Source of the DNA: a virus
Lineage: Duplodnaviria > Caudoviricetes
Length of the DNA stretch: 64,000 nt
Virus record (IMG/VR): IMGVR_UViG_3300042288_001626
Reading direction: 5' to 3' (one strand)
A model generated the notes under the pieces. That model had not been told where the DNA came from and did not search any database. It saw only the letters and a list, made by a program, of their open reading frames with translations. The position numbers and the translations under genes are program-made. Below are positions 1-8,068 of the stretch, in pieces (positions within the stretch are counted from its first letter, which is position 1; each line of letters starts with the position of its first letter).

Positions 1-282
1 GCGGCTTCTGCAGGAGGCAGCATAGCCATAAACTCTTCGCTAGGTAACTTTACCTCTAGTGTAGGCACAAAGACATCGACACTAGGTACAAGCAGCTTAT
101 CTCTGTCCGACGGAGCAAACACAGGCAATTATAACGTTTCTGATTTAACTCTAAGGTCAGGAACCAAAACAATAACGCTTGACGCAGCAAGTCTTCCTAG
201 CAGCGCATCTTTTCAGCAAATTACAATATGTGTTAATGGTACAAACCGCACTGCCTGGGTATTAATGACAACTCCTAGCTAA
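1..282 (+). CDS. C-terminal end of a Ser/Thr/Gly-rich fibre-like protein (5'-truncated by the window)
   Basis: Frame 1 is open from base 1 to TAA at 280-282 (AASAGGSIAINSSLGNF...FQQITICVNGTNRTAWVLMTTPS*). The terminal 'ITICVNG' beta motif resembles phage fibre tips. Not in the ORF track. Confidence 0.55.
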   Translation, partial: AASAGGSIAINSSLGNFTSSVGTKTSTLGTSSLSLSDGANTGNYNVSDLTLRSGTKTITLDAASLPSSASFQQITICVNGTNRTAWVLMTTPS

Positions 283-289
283 TAATAAT

Positions 290-658
290 ATGTCTTGGTT
301 ATTTCCTGTAATACAAGGTACAGAGTGTAAATGTAATTGTCCGGCGCAACGCTGTGATGACAAATGTGCCACAAACTATGACCCGTCAGGTACTGCTCCT
401 CCATGCTCCGACAAGTCATGTTGCTCGTATCCAACTGATCCTGTTCGAGGTTGCACCGACCCTACAGCATCCAATTACAATGAATGTGCTACAATAGATG
501 ACAACTCATGCAAATCAGGATCGCGGTGTCCTGCTCCCGAGTGCTGTCCTGGAGAAACAGGCACCGGTTGCGGACAATGCTCGAACGGTCAACCGTGTTG
601 TATTTGTGGCTCCGGCCAAGCCCCTGTAGGTCCTAATTGCGCTTGCGTCTTCGTTTAA
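290..658 (+). CDS. Cysteine-rich small protein with a GCTDPxAxNYN...DDxSC repeat unit
   Basis: 21 Cys in 122 aa; contains GCTDPTASNYNECATIDDNSC; starts 7 nt after the upstream stop. Confidence 0.7.
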   Translation: MSWLFPVIQGTECKCNCPAQRCDDKCATNYDPSGTAPPCSDKSCCSYPTDPVRGCTDPTASNYNECATIDDNSCKSGSRCPAPECCPGETGTGCGQCSNGQPCCICGSGQAPVGPNCACVFV

Positions 659-676
659 AGTTAATAATATGTAGCA

Positions 677-1213
677 ATGGAAGAAGAATTGACCAAATAT
701 GAAAAGCTTGAGGTTGTAATGTACGCCATGACCTTGACTGAGCGTGCCGATAAACGTGACCTTTGGCTAAACAAAGGGGCGTTTGCTCGCGTACATAGTC
801 GAGGACCTCGAGCATTGTTTGACTACTGGAAGGCGCGACTGGATTCTGATCCTTTGGTAGAAGATTTGCTAAACACTACCTGGGCTAGATTTGTTGCTGA
901 GACAGAAAATCCACCCGCGACCGCCAAGAGCATTTCGGTACAGCCAAATAAAGTATCTGCGTTAACAAAAGCAAAAACACTACTACAGGCAGTAAAAAAT
1001 TTTACAGCAAGCGGGTTCGTTTTTGCTAGTGACGAAGTGTATAATCAAAGACTAGCTATTTGCAAATCTTGTGAGTTTTGGGACGCTGCTTCTTTTGTCA
1101 ATACCGGCAGCTGTACTTTGTGTGGGTGCTCTACAAAAGCTAAACTAAAGCTGCCTCTGGAAAAATGTCCTGCAGATAAATGGCTCCCTGTTAGTGTTCA
1201 GGAACATCAATAG
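677..1213 (+). CDS. Hypothetical protein with C-terminal Cys-rich DUF6171-like domain
   Basis: RLAICKSCEFW...CTLCGC...AKLKLPLEKCPADKW; TAATAT lies 6 nt before the ATG. Confidence 0.7.
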   Translation: MEEELTKYEKLEVVMYAMTLTERADKRDLWLNKGAFARVHSRGPRALFDYWKARLDSDPLVEDLLNTTWARFVAETENPPATAKSISVQPNKVSALTKAKTLLQAVKNFTASGFVFASDEVYNQRLAICKSCEFWDAASFVNTGSCTLCGCSTKAKLKLPLEKCPADKWLPVSVQEHQ

Positions 1214-1883
1214 TAGAGCTTAAAAATTCCTGATGGTCTATCCATACGGCTTTGCCTGTACTGTTATCTATTACTTTGCGATAGATTTTTCCGTCGCTTC
1301 CTTTGCGTGCGTTATTCACAAAGAAGTTTACAACTCCGATTGTAGTAGCCTCTACGGTTTGAATGGGATCAAGTAATCCAAACTGACTCTCATTCACTTC
1401 TCGAGAACTATCTGGAATAGCTTCACTAGATCCTATTCCTCCCATACCCATCTTGGTCACTTTGTGAGCAAGCATATACTGCTCCATAGGATTTACTCCC
1501 TCGATATTCTGAGCCAGCGAGTTCCCGACAAACACACTCTTCACCTGAGGACTAAAAAACCCTCCATGCAGCCACGAAAGATTCCTTTTTTGTCTTAGCT
1601 TGTTTTTAGCTTTTAGTTGAATCTTGCCTGCGTCATGTTCGATATGTTCTTTTATAAAATCCTCAGGACCTAAAAATTTCGAAAAGACTACGTTATCACG
1701 ATCATCAGGCTCCTCTTGTCTTCCGTACACTCTAAGAAGCTTTTGAGAAGCATTCAGCACAAGGAGAGGACTTAGAGAAGTCGTCGTCAGCCCGAGAGTC
1801 CTGCCCATGACGCTAGCATCGAGTTTCATGTTTCTAAAACTCTCTTTAAGTTTAGTTATTTTTTCTTGTTTACTTAGAGCCAT
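1191..1883 (-). CDS. rpoB: Stand-alone fragment of a multisubunit RNA polymerase beta subunit (RpoB domain 3 / fork-loop region)
   Basis: EEPDDRD..., NIEGVNPME...HKVTKMGMGGI...SREVNESQFGLLDPIQTVEATTIGV aligns with bacterial RpoB DQTNPLSE..HKRRLSALGPGG...[25 protein letters not shown]. Only 230 aa, with its own start and stop. Confidence 0.8.
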   Translation of the reverse strand: MALSKQEKITKLKESFRNMKLDASVMGRTLGLTTTSLSPLLVLNASQKLLRVYGRQEEPDDRDNVVFSKFLGPEDFIKEHIEHDAGKIQLKAKNKLRQKRNLSWLHGGFFSPQVKSVFVGNSLAQNIEGVNPMEQYMLAHKVTKMGMGGIGSSEAIPDSSREVNESQFGLLDPIQTVEATTIGVVNFFVNNARKGSDGKIYRKVIDNSTGKAVWIDHQEFLSSTIDVPEH

Positions 1884-1929
1884 ATTAGTTTATAGTAATG
1901 TATATCTGACAAAAAAACAACAGAAAGAG

Positions 1930-2118
1930 ATGAGATTTGAATTTGACTACGATACAGAAGCAGAGCAAATAACTATCGTCTATGATGGAGTTTTCACTTT
2001 GACTGTTGATTATGATGGGGAGAAATTAATTTTCAAGAATTTTGATAGAGTTGAAGACGACGAGATTGAGAAGATCTTGAAAACCCTTTGTCGTGCAGCC
2101 TTCGATGTGTTAGGTTAG
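1930..2118 (+). CDS. Small acidic hypothetical protein
   Basis: MRFEFDYDTEAEQ.... ATG at 1930 is preferred over the track start at 1807, which overlaps the divergent rpoB fragment. Confidence 0.6.
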   Translation: MRFEFDYDTEAEQITIVYDGVFTLTVDYDGEKLIFKNFDRVEDDEIEKILKTLCRAAFDVLG

Positions 2119-2124
2119 CCGACC

Positions 2125-2577
2125 ATGAATCCTACAGAAAGAACACGTCCCGACTGGGATCAGTACGGGCTTTTACTTGCTTATGCCGCAGCTCAAAGAT
2201 CTCCTGATCCTTATGTGCAAGTGGGAGCTGCAGCATTTAAGTCAGACCACTCAACAATAGGTACCGGATACAATGGAACTCCGGCTGGAGTTGAAATAGA
2301 CTGGTCAGACAGAGATAAGCGACGGCCTTTTGTGGATCATGCTGAATACAACTGTCTGAGATATACAAAACAGGGAGAGCCTCACTATCTTTACGTAACT
2401 CTATCTCCATGTACGGAGTGCTTAAAGCTGGCAGCAGCTCACGGAGTTAAAGAAATAATCTACAGTGAACTATATGGCAGAGATCAAGCAGCCTTGCATC
2501 TAGCCAGCAGTTTAAATATAAATGTAAGGCAACTAGACAGCTCATATGCGCACCTCTTTAAACCACACTCCGTTTGA
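2125..2577 (+). CDS. dCMP deaminase (ComEB/dCMP deaminase family)
   Basis: RSPDPYVQVGAA, GYNG, HAEYN and LSPCTEC zinc-binding motifs. Confidence 0.92.
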   Translation: MNPTERTRPDWDQYGLLLAYAAAQRSPDPYVQVGAAAFKSDHSTIGTGYNGTPAGVEIDWSDRDKRRPFVDHAEYNCLRYTKQGEPHYLYVTLSPCTECLKLAAAHGVKEIIYSELYGRDQAALHLASSLNINVRQLDSSYAHLFKPHSV

Positions 2578-3232
2578 CATATCTTCTAAAAGTTTTGTGT
2601 CAGCTCGATCAGACAAAACAAATATTGTTTTGCATGGAAGCCTGTCTAGAACGAAATATTCCTATACCTCTGAACAGAATAGTGAAAACTATCTGATGAA
2701 GACCTGGGGTCTTCTCGGAGACAAGGTAGCAGGGCATTATGTCGTAGGCAGGTCAGGAGAAATATTTAGCTGCTTCGATGAGGACTACTGGTCGAATCAT
2801 CTAGGACCTGACAAGCGGGTCTCTTCCTTGAACAAAAGCAGTATCAGTATCTATCTGTGTAATGAGCTTTACTTGGAGAAGGAGAATAGTCGGTATTATG
2901 CTTTTGGTTATGTACATCCTTCTAACCTATATAAAGGACCAGTTTTTGAACATAAATTCAAAGGATACAACTACTGGGCAGATTACAGCAAAGAGCAAGT
3001 GGCGAGCTTGGTTTTATTGCTTAAAGATATATGCTCTCGCTGGGATCTCTCGACCACCATGCTTGAAAATACTACGAGGCTGATCCCAAAAGCTTCTGCT
3101 CGTGCAACTATAGTTTCTGGAAGTAATGCATCTAGCTCTTCCTACAGTTTGCCTTTTCCTTCTTGGGCGCTCAACCATCTAAGTCAGTCAGGTGTCTCTA
3201 TGTTGAGTTGCATTGAAGAAGGCAAGAAGTAA
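2546..3232 (+). CDS. Amidase_2-like (N-acetylmuramoyl-L-alanine amidase fold) protein with possibly degenerate catalytic residues
   Basis: IVLHGS...GHYVVGRSGEI...YWSNHLG...NKSSISIYLCN...YSKEQVASLVLLLKDIC pattern. Confidence 0.65.
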   Translation: MRTSLNHTPFDISSKSFVSARSDKTNIVLHGSLSRTKYSYTSEQNSENYLMKTWGLLGDKVAGHYVVGRSGEIFSCFDEDYWSNHLGPDKRVSSLNKSSISIYLCNELYLEKENSRYYAFGYVHPSNLYKGPVFEHKFKGYNYWADYSKEQVASLVLLLKDICSRWDLSTTMLENTTRLIPKASARATIVSGSNASSSSYSLPFPSWALNHLSQSGVSMLSCIEEGKK

Positions 3233-3314
3233 ATTTTTGCGGTAAAAAATTAATTTTCTGTACCCAAACCTCATATTTGGGTACTATAAAACCTCACATC
3301 AATAACAAACAAAA

Positions 3315-5165
3315 ATGAGCAAGGAATTCCTAAGCAAACTCGTACACTACCGCACATACGCAAAATATCTTCCTGAAGAGCTTCGCAGAGAGTCTAAAGA
3401 GGAGACTATAAATAGGAATATGCAGATGCATATCCGGAAGTTTCCTGAGCATGCAGAAGCTATTGAAAAAGCATACGAGCAGGTTTTTGCCGGTAGGGTA
3501 GTTCCCAGCATGCGCAGCTTCCAGTTCGCTGGCGAAGCAATTGAGCGTCGCAATAATCGAATGTTTAATTGCAGTTTCCTAAACATCACAAAGTTTAGAG
3601 ATTTTGCAGACCTATTCTACATGAGCATGAGCGGTGTAGGTGTCGGCTTCAGCGTCAAAAAGAAACACATCTCTTCTCTAGGAGCTATTCCCGAAGGCGC
3701 TGTGGTCCCTCCCTATGTTGTGGCTGACTCGGCAGAGGGTTGGTGCGATAGCTTGCTGGAACTTTTCCGCAACCCTGATCTGCAGTTCGACTATACTCCC
3801 ATTCGTCCTATGGGTGCTCCTTTGAGTACAGGAGGGACAGCTAGTGGTCCGAAAGCTCTAATCAAGATGCATGCGAATGTCCGTGCAATTTTGAGGAAGG
3901 CTGTCGGACGGCAACTCACCCCTTTCGAATGTCATCGCGTTGCCTGTTTGATTGCCGATTGCGTTGTTGTCGGAGGCGTTCGTAGAGGAGCACTGATTAG
4001 TCTGTTCGATGTGGATGATGAAGAACTTCTGAACTGCAAAGCAAACAACTGGTGGGAAAAATATCCTGAGCTTGCTCGTGCAAATAACTCCGCTGTTCTA
4101 CGCAAAGACGATCCAGACTTTAGAGAAAAAGCAGGCAGGGTAATTGATGCTTGTTTTGCTGGCGGTCAGGCAGAGCCTGGCCTGAGTCTCACCAACGATG
4201 ATGAGATGGGATTCAATCCTTGTCACGAGATTGCACTCAAGAGTATGGGTGTCTGCAACCTTACAGAAATTAATGCCGCTCAATGCTTCAGCAAAGAAGA
4301 TTGGCTGAAGGCTGTTGTTAGTGCGACTATTCTAGGAACACTACAAGCAACCTATACAGACTTTAAATATGTGCAGCCTGAGTGGAAAAAGAACGCAGAC
4401 GAAGAAGCGTTGCTAGGGGTGAGCATCACAGGACAAGCTGAAGCTCAAGCCATTTTGACTCCAGAAAACCTTAAAGAAGGTGCAGAGGTAGCAGTTCAGG
4501 TAAACAAGCTCTGGGCGCAAAAGCTGGGAATCAACCCTGCTCGCCGAATAACTACCACAAAACCTTCAGGAACCAGCAGCAGCTGGCTAGGAACAACTGC
4601 AGGTGTACATGCAGGACATGAGATTCGTTATGTGCGTCGTGTACGTATGGATAAGTTTAGCGCGCTGGCTAAAGCTTTAGCCAAGAAATTCCCTGCTTTT
4701 GTTGCAGAAGATCCATTCAACAGCAACGACATGATCATGCAGGTTCCTATCAAACTGTATGACACCACACTCCTCAGAAGCCAGGAAACCGCTGTGCAGT
4801 GTTTGGAGCGCGTGAAAGTATTGTATGACAGCTGGATTGTTCCAGGGCACATTGTTGGAGACAATACCCACAACATCAGTCTAACCATAAACTACCACGA
4901 GCATGAAAAAGAAGCGATCAAGCGCTGGATGCTAGATAACAGAGATTCATATTATGGTATCAGCCTCATTCCATATGACGGCGGAGACTATAAATACCTG
5001 CCCTACAGCCAGCCTCCACATCCTGAAATTTTTGAAATTTTAGAGAAGGCTTTTTCTCTCGTCACCGACGAGTTCAAATTTGAAGATATTCGTGAAAGAA
5101 AAGATAACACTGACTTCAAAGGAGAGATTGCTTGTGCAGGAGGAGCCTGTAGCTTAGAGCTGTAG
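3315..5165 (+). CDS. nrdJ: Class II (adenosylcobalamin-dependent) ribonucleotide reductase, monomeric RTPR-like
   Basis: PSMRSFQFAG, NCSF, GVGVGF, VVGGVRRGALISL, FNPCHEI, CNLTEIN, TTKPSGT and C-terminal CAGGAC. Confidence 0.95.
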   Translation: MSKEFLSKLVHYRTYAKYLPEELRRESKEETINRNMQMHIRKFPEHAEAIEKAYEQVFAGRVVPSMRSFQFAGEAIERRNNRMFNCSFLNITKFRDFADLFYMSMSGVGVGFSVKKKHISSLGAIPEGAVVPPYVVADSAEGWCDSLLELFRNPDLQFDYTPIRPMGAPLSTGGTASGPKALIKMHANVRAILRKAVGRQLTPFECHRVACLIADCVVVGGVRRGALISLFDVDDEELLNCKANNWWEKYPELARANNSAVLRKDDPDFREKAGRVIDACFAGGQAEPGLSLTNDDEMGFNPCHEIALKSMGVCNLTEINAAQCFSKEDWLKAVVSATILGTLQATYTDFKYVQPEWKKNADEEALLGVSITGQAEAQAILTPENLKEGAEVAVQVNKLWAQKLGINPARRITTTKPSGTSSSWLGTTAGVHAGHEIRYVRRVRMDKFSALAKALAKKFPAFVAEDPFNSNDMIMQVPIKLYDTTLLRSQETAVQCLERVKVLYDSWIVPGHIVGDNTHNISLTINYHEHEKEAIKRWMLDNRDSYYGISLIPYDGGDYKYLPYSQPPHPEIFEILEKAFSLVTDEFKFEDIRERKDNTDFKGEIACAGGACSLEL

Positions 5166-5179
5166 AGTAGCTGACAGCT

Positions 5180-5223
5180 AAAAAAAACACCCACAACGAA
5201 TTACTTTTGTTGTGGGTGTTTTT
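5180..5223. terminator. Bidirectional intrinsic terminator between nrdJ and the convergent gene
   Basis: AAAAAACACCCACAAC-loop-GTTGTGGGTGTTTTT perfect stem with A and T tracts. Confidence 0.85.
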
Positions 5224-5242
5224 GTGTTCACGCTAATTCAAA

Positions 5243-5728
5243 TCAGTCTGTTCCAAGCATAGCTATCAAAGCATCTGTAATGCCTTCCCAGAAGGTAATA
5301 TGATCCTTTAATTTTCTGCTGACCAAGTTGAAGTGGTACCTGTCCACCTTTGAATATTCGAGGTCAGGGAACTCGCTGTCGTAGTTTTTCAAACAAAGCA
5401 CCGTAGGTTCGGCATCCTCCATTTCTCCAGGTTTGAATACTGTGGTGAACACTGCTCCGGAATGGAGAGGTAATGTAGTCATTATTTTTTCAACATATCT
5501 TTGGATAGTTTCAAATGCCTGACTGTTCACAGCTACCTGTAAAAAACTCATAGGGTGGCACTCTCCACAAGGACATGCCCAGAAGTTACTAGGCATCACT
5601 GCCACACCATTCACATCGTTAATCATCTCCATGTACGGTTTAGCGTTTTTGCATACCGTTTCGGACTCTACAGCCGCGACGAACATGTCTATCAAGTCTA
5701 GTTTTTTGTCTTCGGTTAGTGGTATCAT
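5243..5728 (-). CDS. Hypothetical protein (contains CPCGECHP)
   Basis: 161-aa ORF with an upstream conserved promoter motif and a downstream terminator. Confidence 0.7.
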   Translation of the reverse strand: MIPLTEDKKLDLIDMFVAAVESETVCKNAKPYMEMINDVNGVAVMPSNFWACPCGECHPMSFLQVAVNSQAFETIQRYVEKIMTTLPLHSGAVFTTVFKPGEMEDAEPTVLCLKNYDSEFPDLEYSKVDRYHFNLVSRKLKDHITFWEGITDALIAMLGTD

Positions 5729-5750
5729 AAAATAAAATCGGGTGATCTCA

Positions 5751-5770
5751 TCAATATATTATACCACAAA
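5751..5770 (-). promoter_or_regulatory. Conserved 20-bp promoter motif, copy 1 (TTTGTGG-TATAAT-ATATTGA)
   Basis: Extended -10 (TGnTATAAT); 19/20 identical to 10439-10458 and 17/20 to 61853-61872. Confidence 0.75.
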
Positions 5771-5810
5771 TGTTTGACTTTTGCTGTGAGGAGTCACAAG
5801 ATTGTGAGCT

Positions 5811-6350
5811 ATGAAGATCGCTACAAAATCAGGAGACAAAGGAAAAACAGGAAGATTGTTCGGTTCGAGGGTAAGCAAGACAGACCCGGCCATCGCTGCT
5901 GTGGGAGACATTGACGAGCTGAATGCTGCTATGGGTATGCTGAAGTATGAGGCTCATCAATACCCCAAGTACGCAGCTTCTTTAAAAGAAATTCAACACA
6001 GGCTTACTCTATTGATGGGAGAGATCGCAGCTGAAGCCGAGATGCGTGATGAATATGTTTTGAAATATGATTCGATAAAGACAGAAGATCTAGACTCTTT
6101 AGATGCTGAAGTTTCTTTACTTGAAAACATGTCTGAATTAGATCAGCAAGGCTGGGTGCTGTATGGAGAGTCTAAAAGAGGTTCGCTTGCAGACTTCGCC
6201 TCTAAGGTTTGCCGTCGCGCAGAAAGATCTGTTTTGCGTATGGAAGAAGCTGAAGGCAGCGTTGTCAGACCTACACTAAAAAAATACCTCAATAGGCTGA
6301 GTGATTTTCTCCATCTACTAGCTAGGTATTTTGATTTTGAAGAAAACTAG
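5811..6350 (+). CDS. pduO: ATP:cob(I)alamin adenosyltransferase, PduO type
   Basis: IATKSGDKGKT, RVSK, AVGDIDELNAAMG, VCRRAERS and YLNRLSDFLHLLARY. Confidence 0.93.
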   Translation: MKIATKSGDKGKTGRLFGSRVSKTDPAIAAVGDIDELNAAMGMLKYEAHQYPKYAASLKEIQHRLTLLMGEIAAEAEMRDEYVLKYDSIKTEDLDSLDAEVSLLENMSELDQQGWVLYGESKRGSLADFASKVCRRAERSVLRMEEAEGSVVRPTLKKYLNRLSDFLHLLARYFDFEEN

Positions 6351-6365
6351 AAACTGAAAATTAAT

Positions 6366-6749
6366 ATGAGTACAACCCAATTAAAACTTAAAAAGAATCA
6401 CAAGAAGGCGTTAGAGGAGTCTTTGAAGGAATTTAACCTGACTGTTGATGAAGCTCTGTCCTGGCTGAGCGAAAGCCAACAGGCGCTGCAGCCAAAAAAG
6501 CTTTGCGGTTCTGCGTCGTGCGAAAACCCTTATAGATGTAATATTGAAGGATGTGAGTTTTCCGAAGCCTTGAACTGTGTTAATCCTCCCAGCAACGTCA
6601 CATTCATTCCAGGAGACTCGATAAACCCTGCCTCTGTTTTTGTAGGCACGACCAGAATGACTGGGCTTGTGGAAACTAACGTAACTTACGTTGGAGCAGA
6701 TTCTCCTGTTTTGCGATTGACTATAAGGGGAGCAAAAATATCTAATTAA
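6366..6749 (+). CDS. Hypothetical protein (Cys cluster CGSASCENPYRCNIEGC)
   Basis: 127-aa ORF followed by a terminator. Confidence 0.65.
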   Translation: MSTTQLKLKKNHKKALEESLKEFNLTVDEALSWLSESQQALQPKKLCGSASCENPYRCNIEGCEFSEALNCVNPPSNVTFIPGDSINPASVFVGTTRMTGLVETNVTYVGADSPVLRLTIRGAKISN

Positions 6750-6774
6750 CCGATTGCGAACGAGACCATGTATG

Positions 6775-6809
6775 ATGAGCCTGGATAGTTACCTGTCCAG
6801 GCTCATTTT
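6775..6809 (+). terminator. Intrinsic terminator
   Basis: ATGAGCCTGGA-loop-TCCAGGCTCAT-TTT. Confidence 0.75.
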
Positions 6810-6817
6810 ATTATGTG

Positions 6818-6846
6818 TTGAGCTTGCGGATTAAATGTACTACAAT
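6818..6846 (+). promoter_or_regulatory. Sigma70-like promoter, probably leaderless
   Basis: TTGAGC-17 nt-TACAAT, then 7 nt to ATG 6854. Confidence 0.65.
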
Positions 6847-6853
6847 TATTGGT

Positions 6854-8068
6854 ATGGCATTTATTATACTTGTAGCTCTTTCTGCATTTTTTGTGGCCGG
6901 TTGTGCTGCCTTTTTTAGTATAAAAGGACTTGTTGTATTATTTTCTGGAAGTTCACTGGCTATAGGCATAATGGCCAGCTCTCTGGAGATAGGAAAGCTT
7001 GTTGCTGCTAGCTTTCTTCATAGCTACTGGAAAGATATTAAATTTTTACTTAAAGTTTATCTCTGTAGTGCTGTGTTAGTTTTAATGGGCGTTACTAGCT
7101 TGGGTATTTTTGGTTTTTTAACAAATGCCTATCAAACACACGCCACCACCGTAAGTTCTTTTGAAACCAAAATAAAAACTCTAGAGAACGAGAAGCTCTC
7201 GCTGGTTGAGAGTATCAGCAACAACTCAGAAAGAGTTAGAGTGCTGTCAGATATACGTACAACACAAGAACAGCGCGTAAAAGATGCTGGTAACTACAAA
7301 GCCCCCAGAGATCAGGCTTATAAGGCGATAGCCGACGCTAATGAGGAAGCACAAAAGAAAGAGGCTTTGATTTCCCAATCTAGAGAAAGAAGCATATCTG
7401 TAGACAGGGAGATAGAAGATTTAAAAATAGCTATGAATACAACTACAGACGTAGGGTCATTCAAATTTATAGCTAATGCACTCAACACTGACGTAGATAC
7501 CTCTGTTCAATACTTTATATTTGCCCTGATTACTGTTTTTGACCCTTTGGCAGTCACTCTAATTCTAGCTTTAAACAAGCTTATTGAGCTTAGGAGCGCA
7601 CGGAAAGAAGCAGAGATGAAAGAGCTGGAAAACCTACTCAGGACCGAAGTGGTGCCTGAGTACAGCGAGATTTCATCACCATCTACATCTCCAGCCCCTA
7701 TATTTGTTCCGCCCTCTTCTGCTCCTGTTATTGCTCCCGACATCGCTCCTGCTTCTGTTGCGCACGAACCTGCAGTGACTGAACTTGTCGAAGAAATAAT
7801 TCCTCCTGCCGTTCTGGTCGTCCCGCCTGAGCCTGAGGTTGTGTCCTACACTCCTGTCATAGTGCATGCCGCTCCAGAAGACCCTCTGTGGGCTCTTGAA
7901 GACTCTACGCCTGTTCCGGCTTCAGTGTCAGAGACTTTACGGATTGACGTTCCTACAGATATGGTATCAGGTCTTCCTGTAGCTCATGTAGACTCTGAAG
8001 ACCCACATACTGATACTAAGCGTAGAACAATACAATCAGGCGACAACAACTCTATAATCAGAGGCTAA
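6854..8068 (+). CDS. Multi-pass membrane protein with coiled coil and Pro-rich tail (conserved phage hypothetical)
   Basis: AFFSIKGL...SSLEIGKLVAASFL...FGFLTNAY, coiled coil, VFDPLAVTLIL. ATG 6854 is preferred over GTG 6815. Confidence 0.8.
   Translation: MAFIILVALSAFFVAGCAAFFSIKGLVVLFSGSSLAIGIMASSLEIGKLVAASFLHSYWKDIKFLLKVYLCSAVLVLMGVTSLGIFGFLTNAYQTHATTVSSFETKIKTLENEKLSLVESISNNSERVRVLSDIRTTQEQRVKDAGNYKAPRDQAYKAIADANEEAQKKEALISQSRERSISVDREIEDLKIAMNTTTDVGSFKFIANALNTDVDTSVQYFIFALITVFDPLAVTLILALNKLIELRSARKEAEMKELENLLRTEVVPEYSEISSPSTSPAPIFVPPSSAPVIAPDIAPASVAHEPAVTELVEEIIPPAVLVVPPEPEVVSYTPVIVHAAPEDPLWALEDSTPVPASVSETLRIDVPTDMVSGLPVAHVDSEDPHTDTKRRTIQSGDNNSIIRG

Noticed and set aside
1807-1929. N-terminal extension of the small ORF given in the track
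   Set aside because: It overlaps the divergent rpoB fragment; ATG 1930 gives a compact protein and leaves a divergent promoter gap.
3233-5810. Cobalamin riboswitch or NrdR box near nrdJ/pduO
   Set aside because: The intergenic gaps are under 100 nt and lack the B12-box or NrdR consensus.
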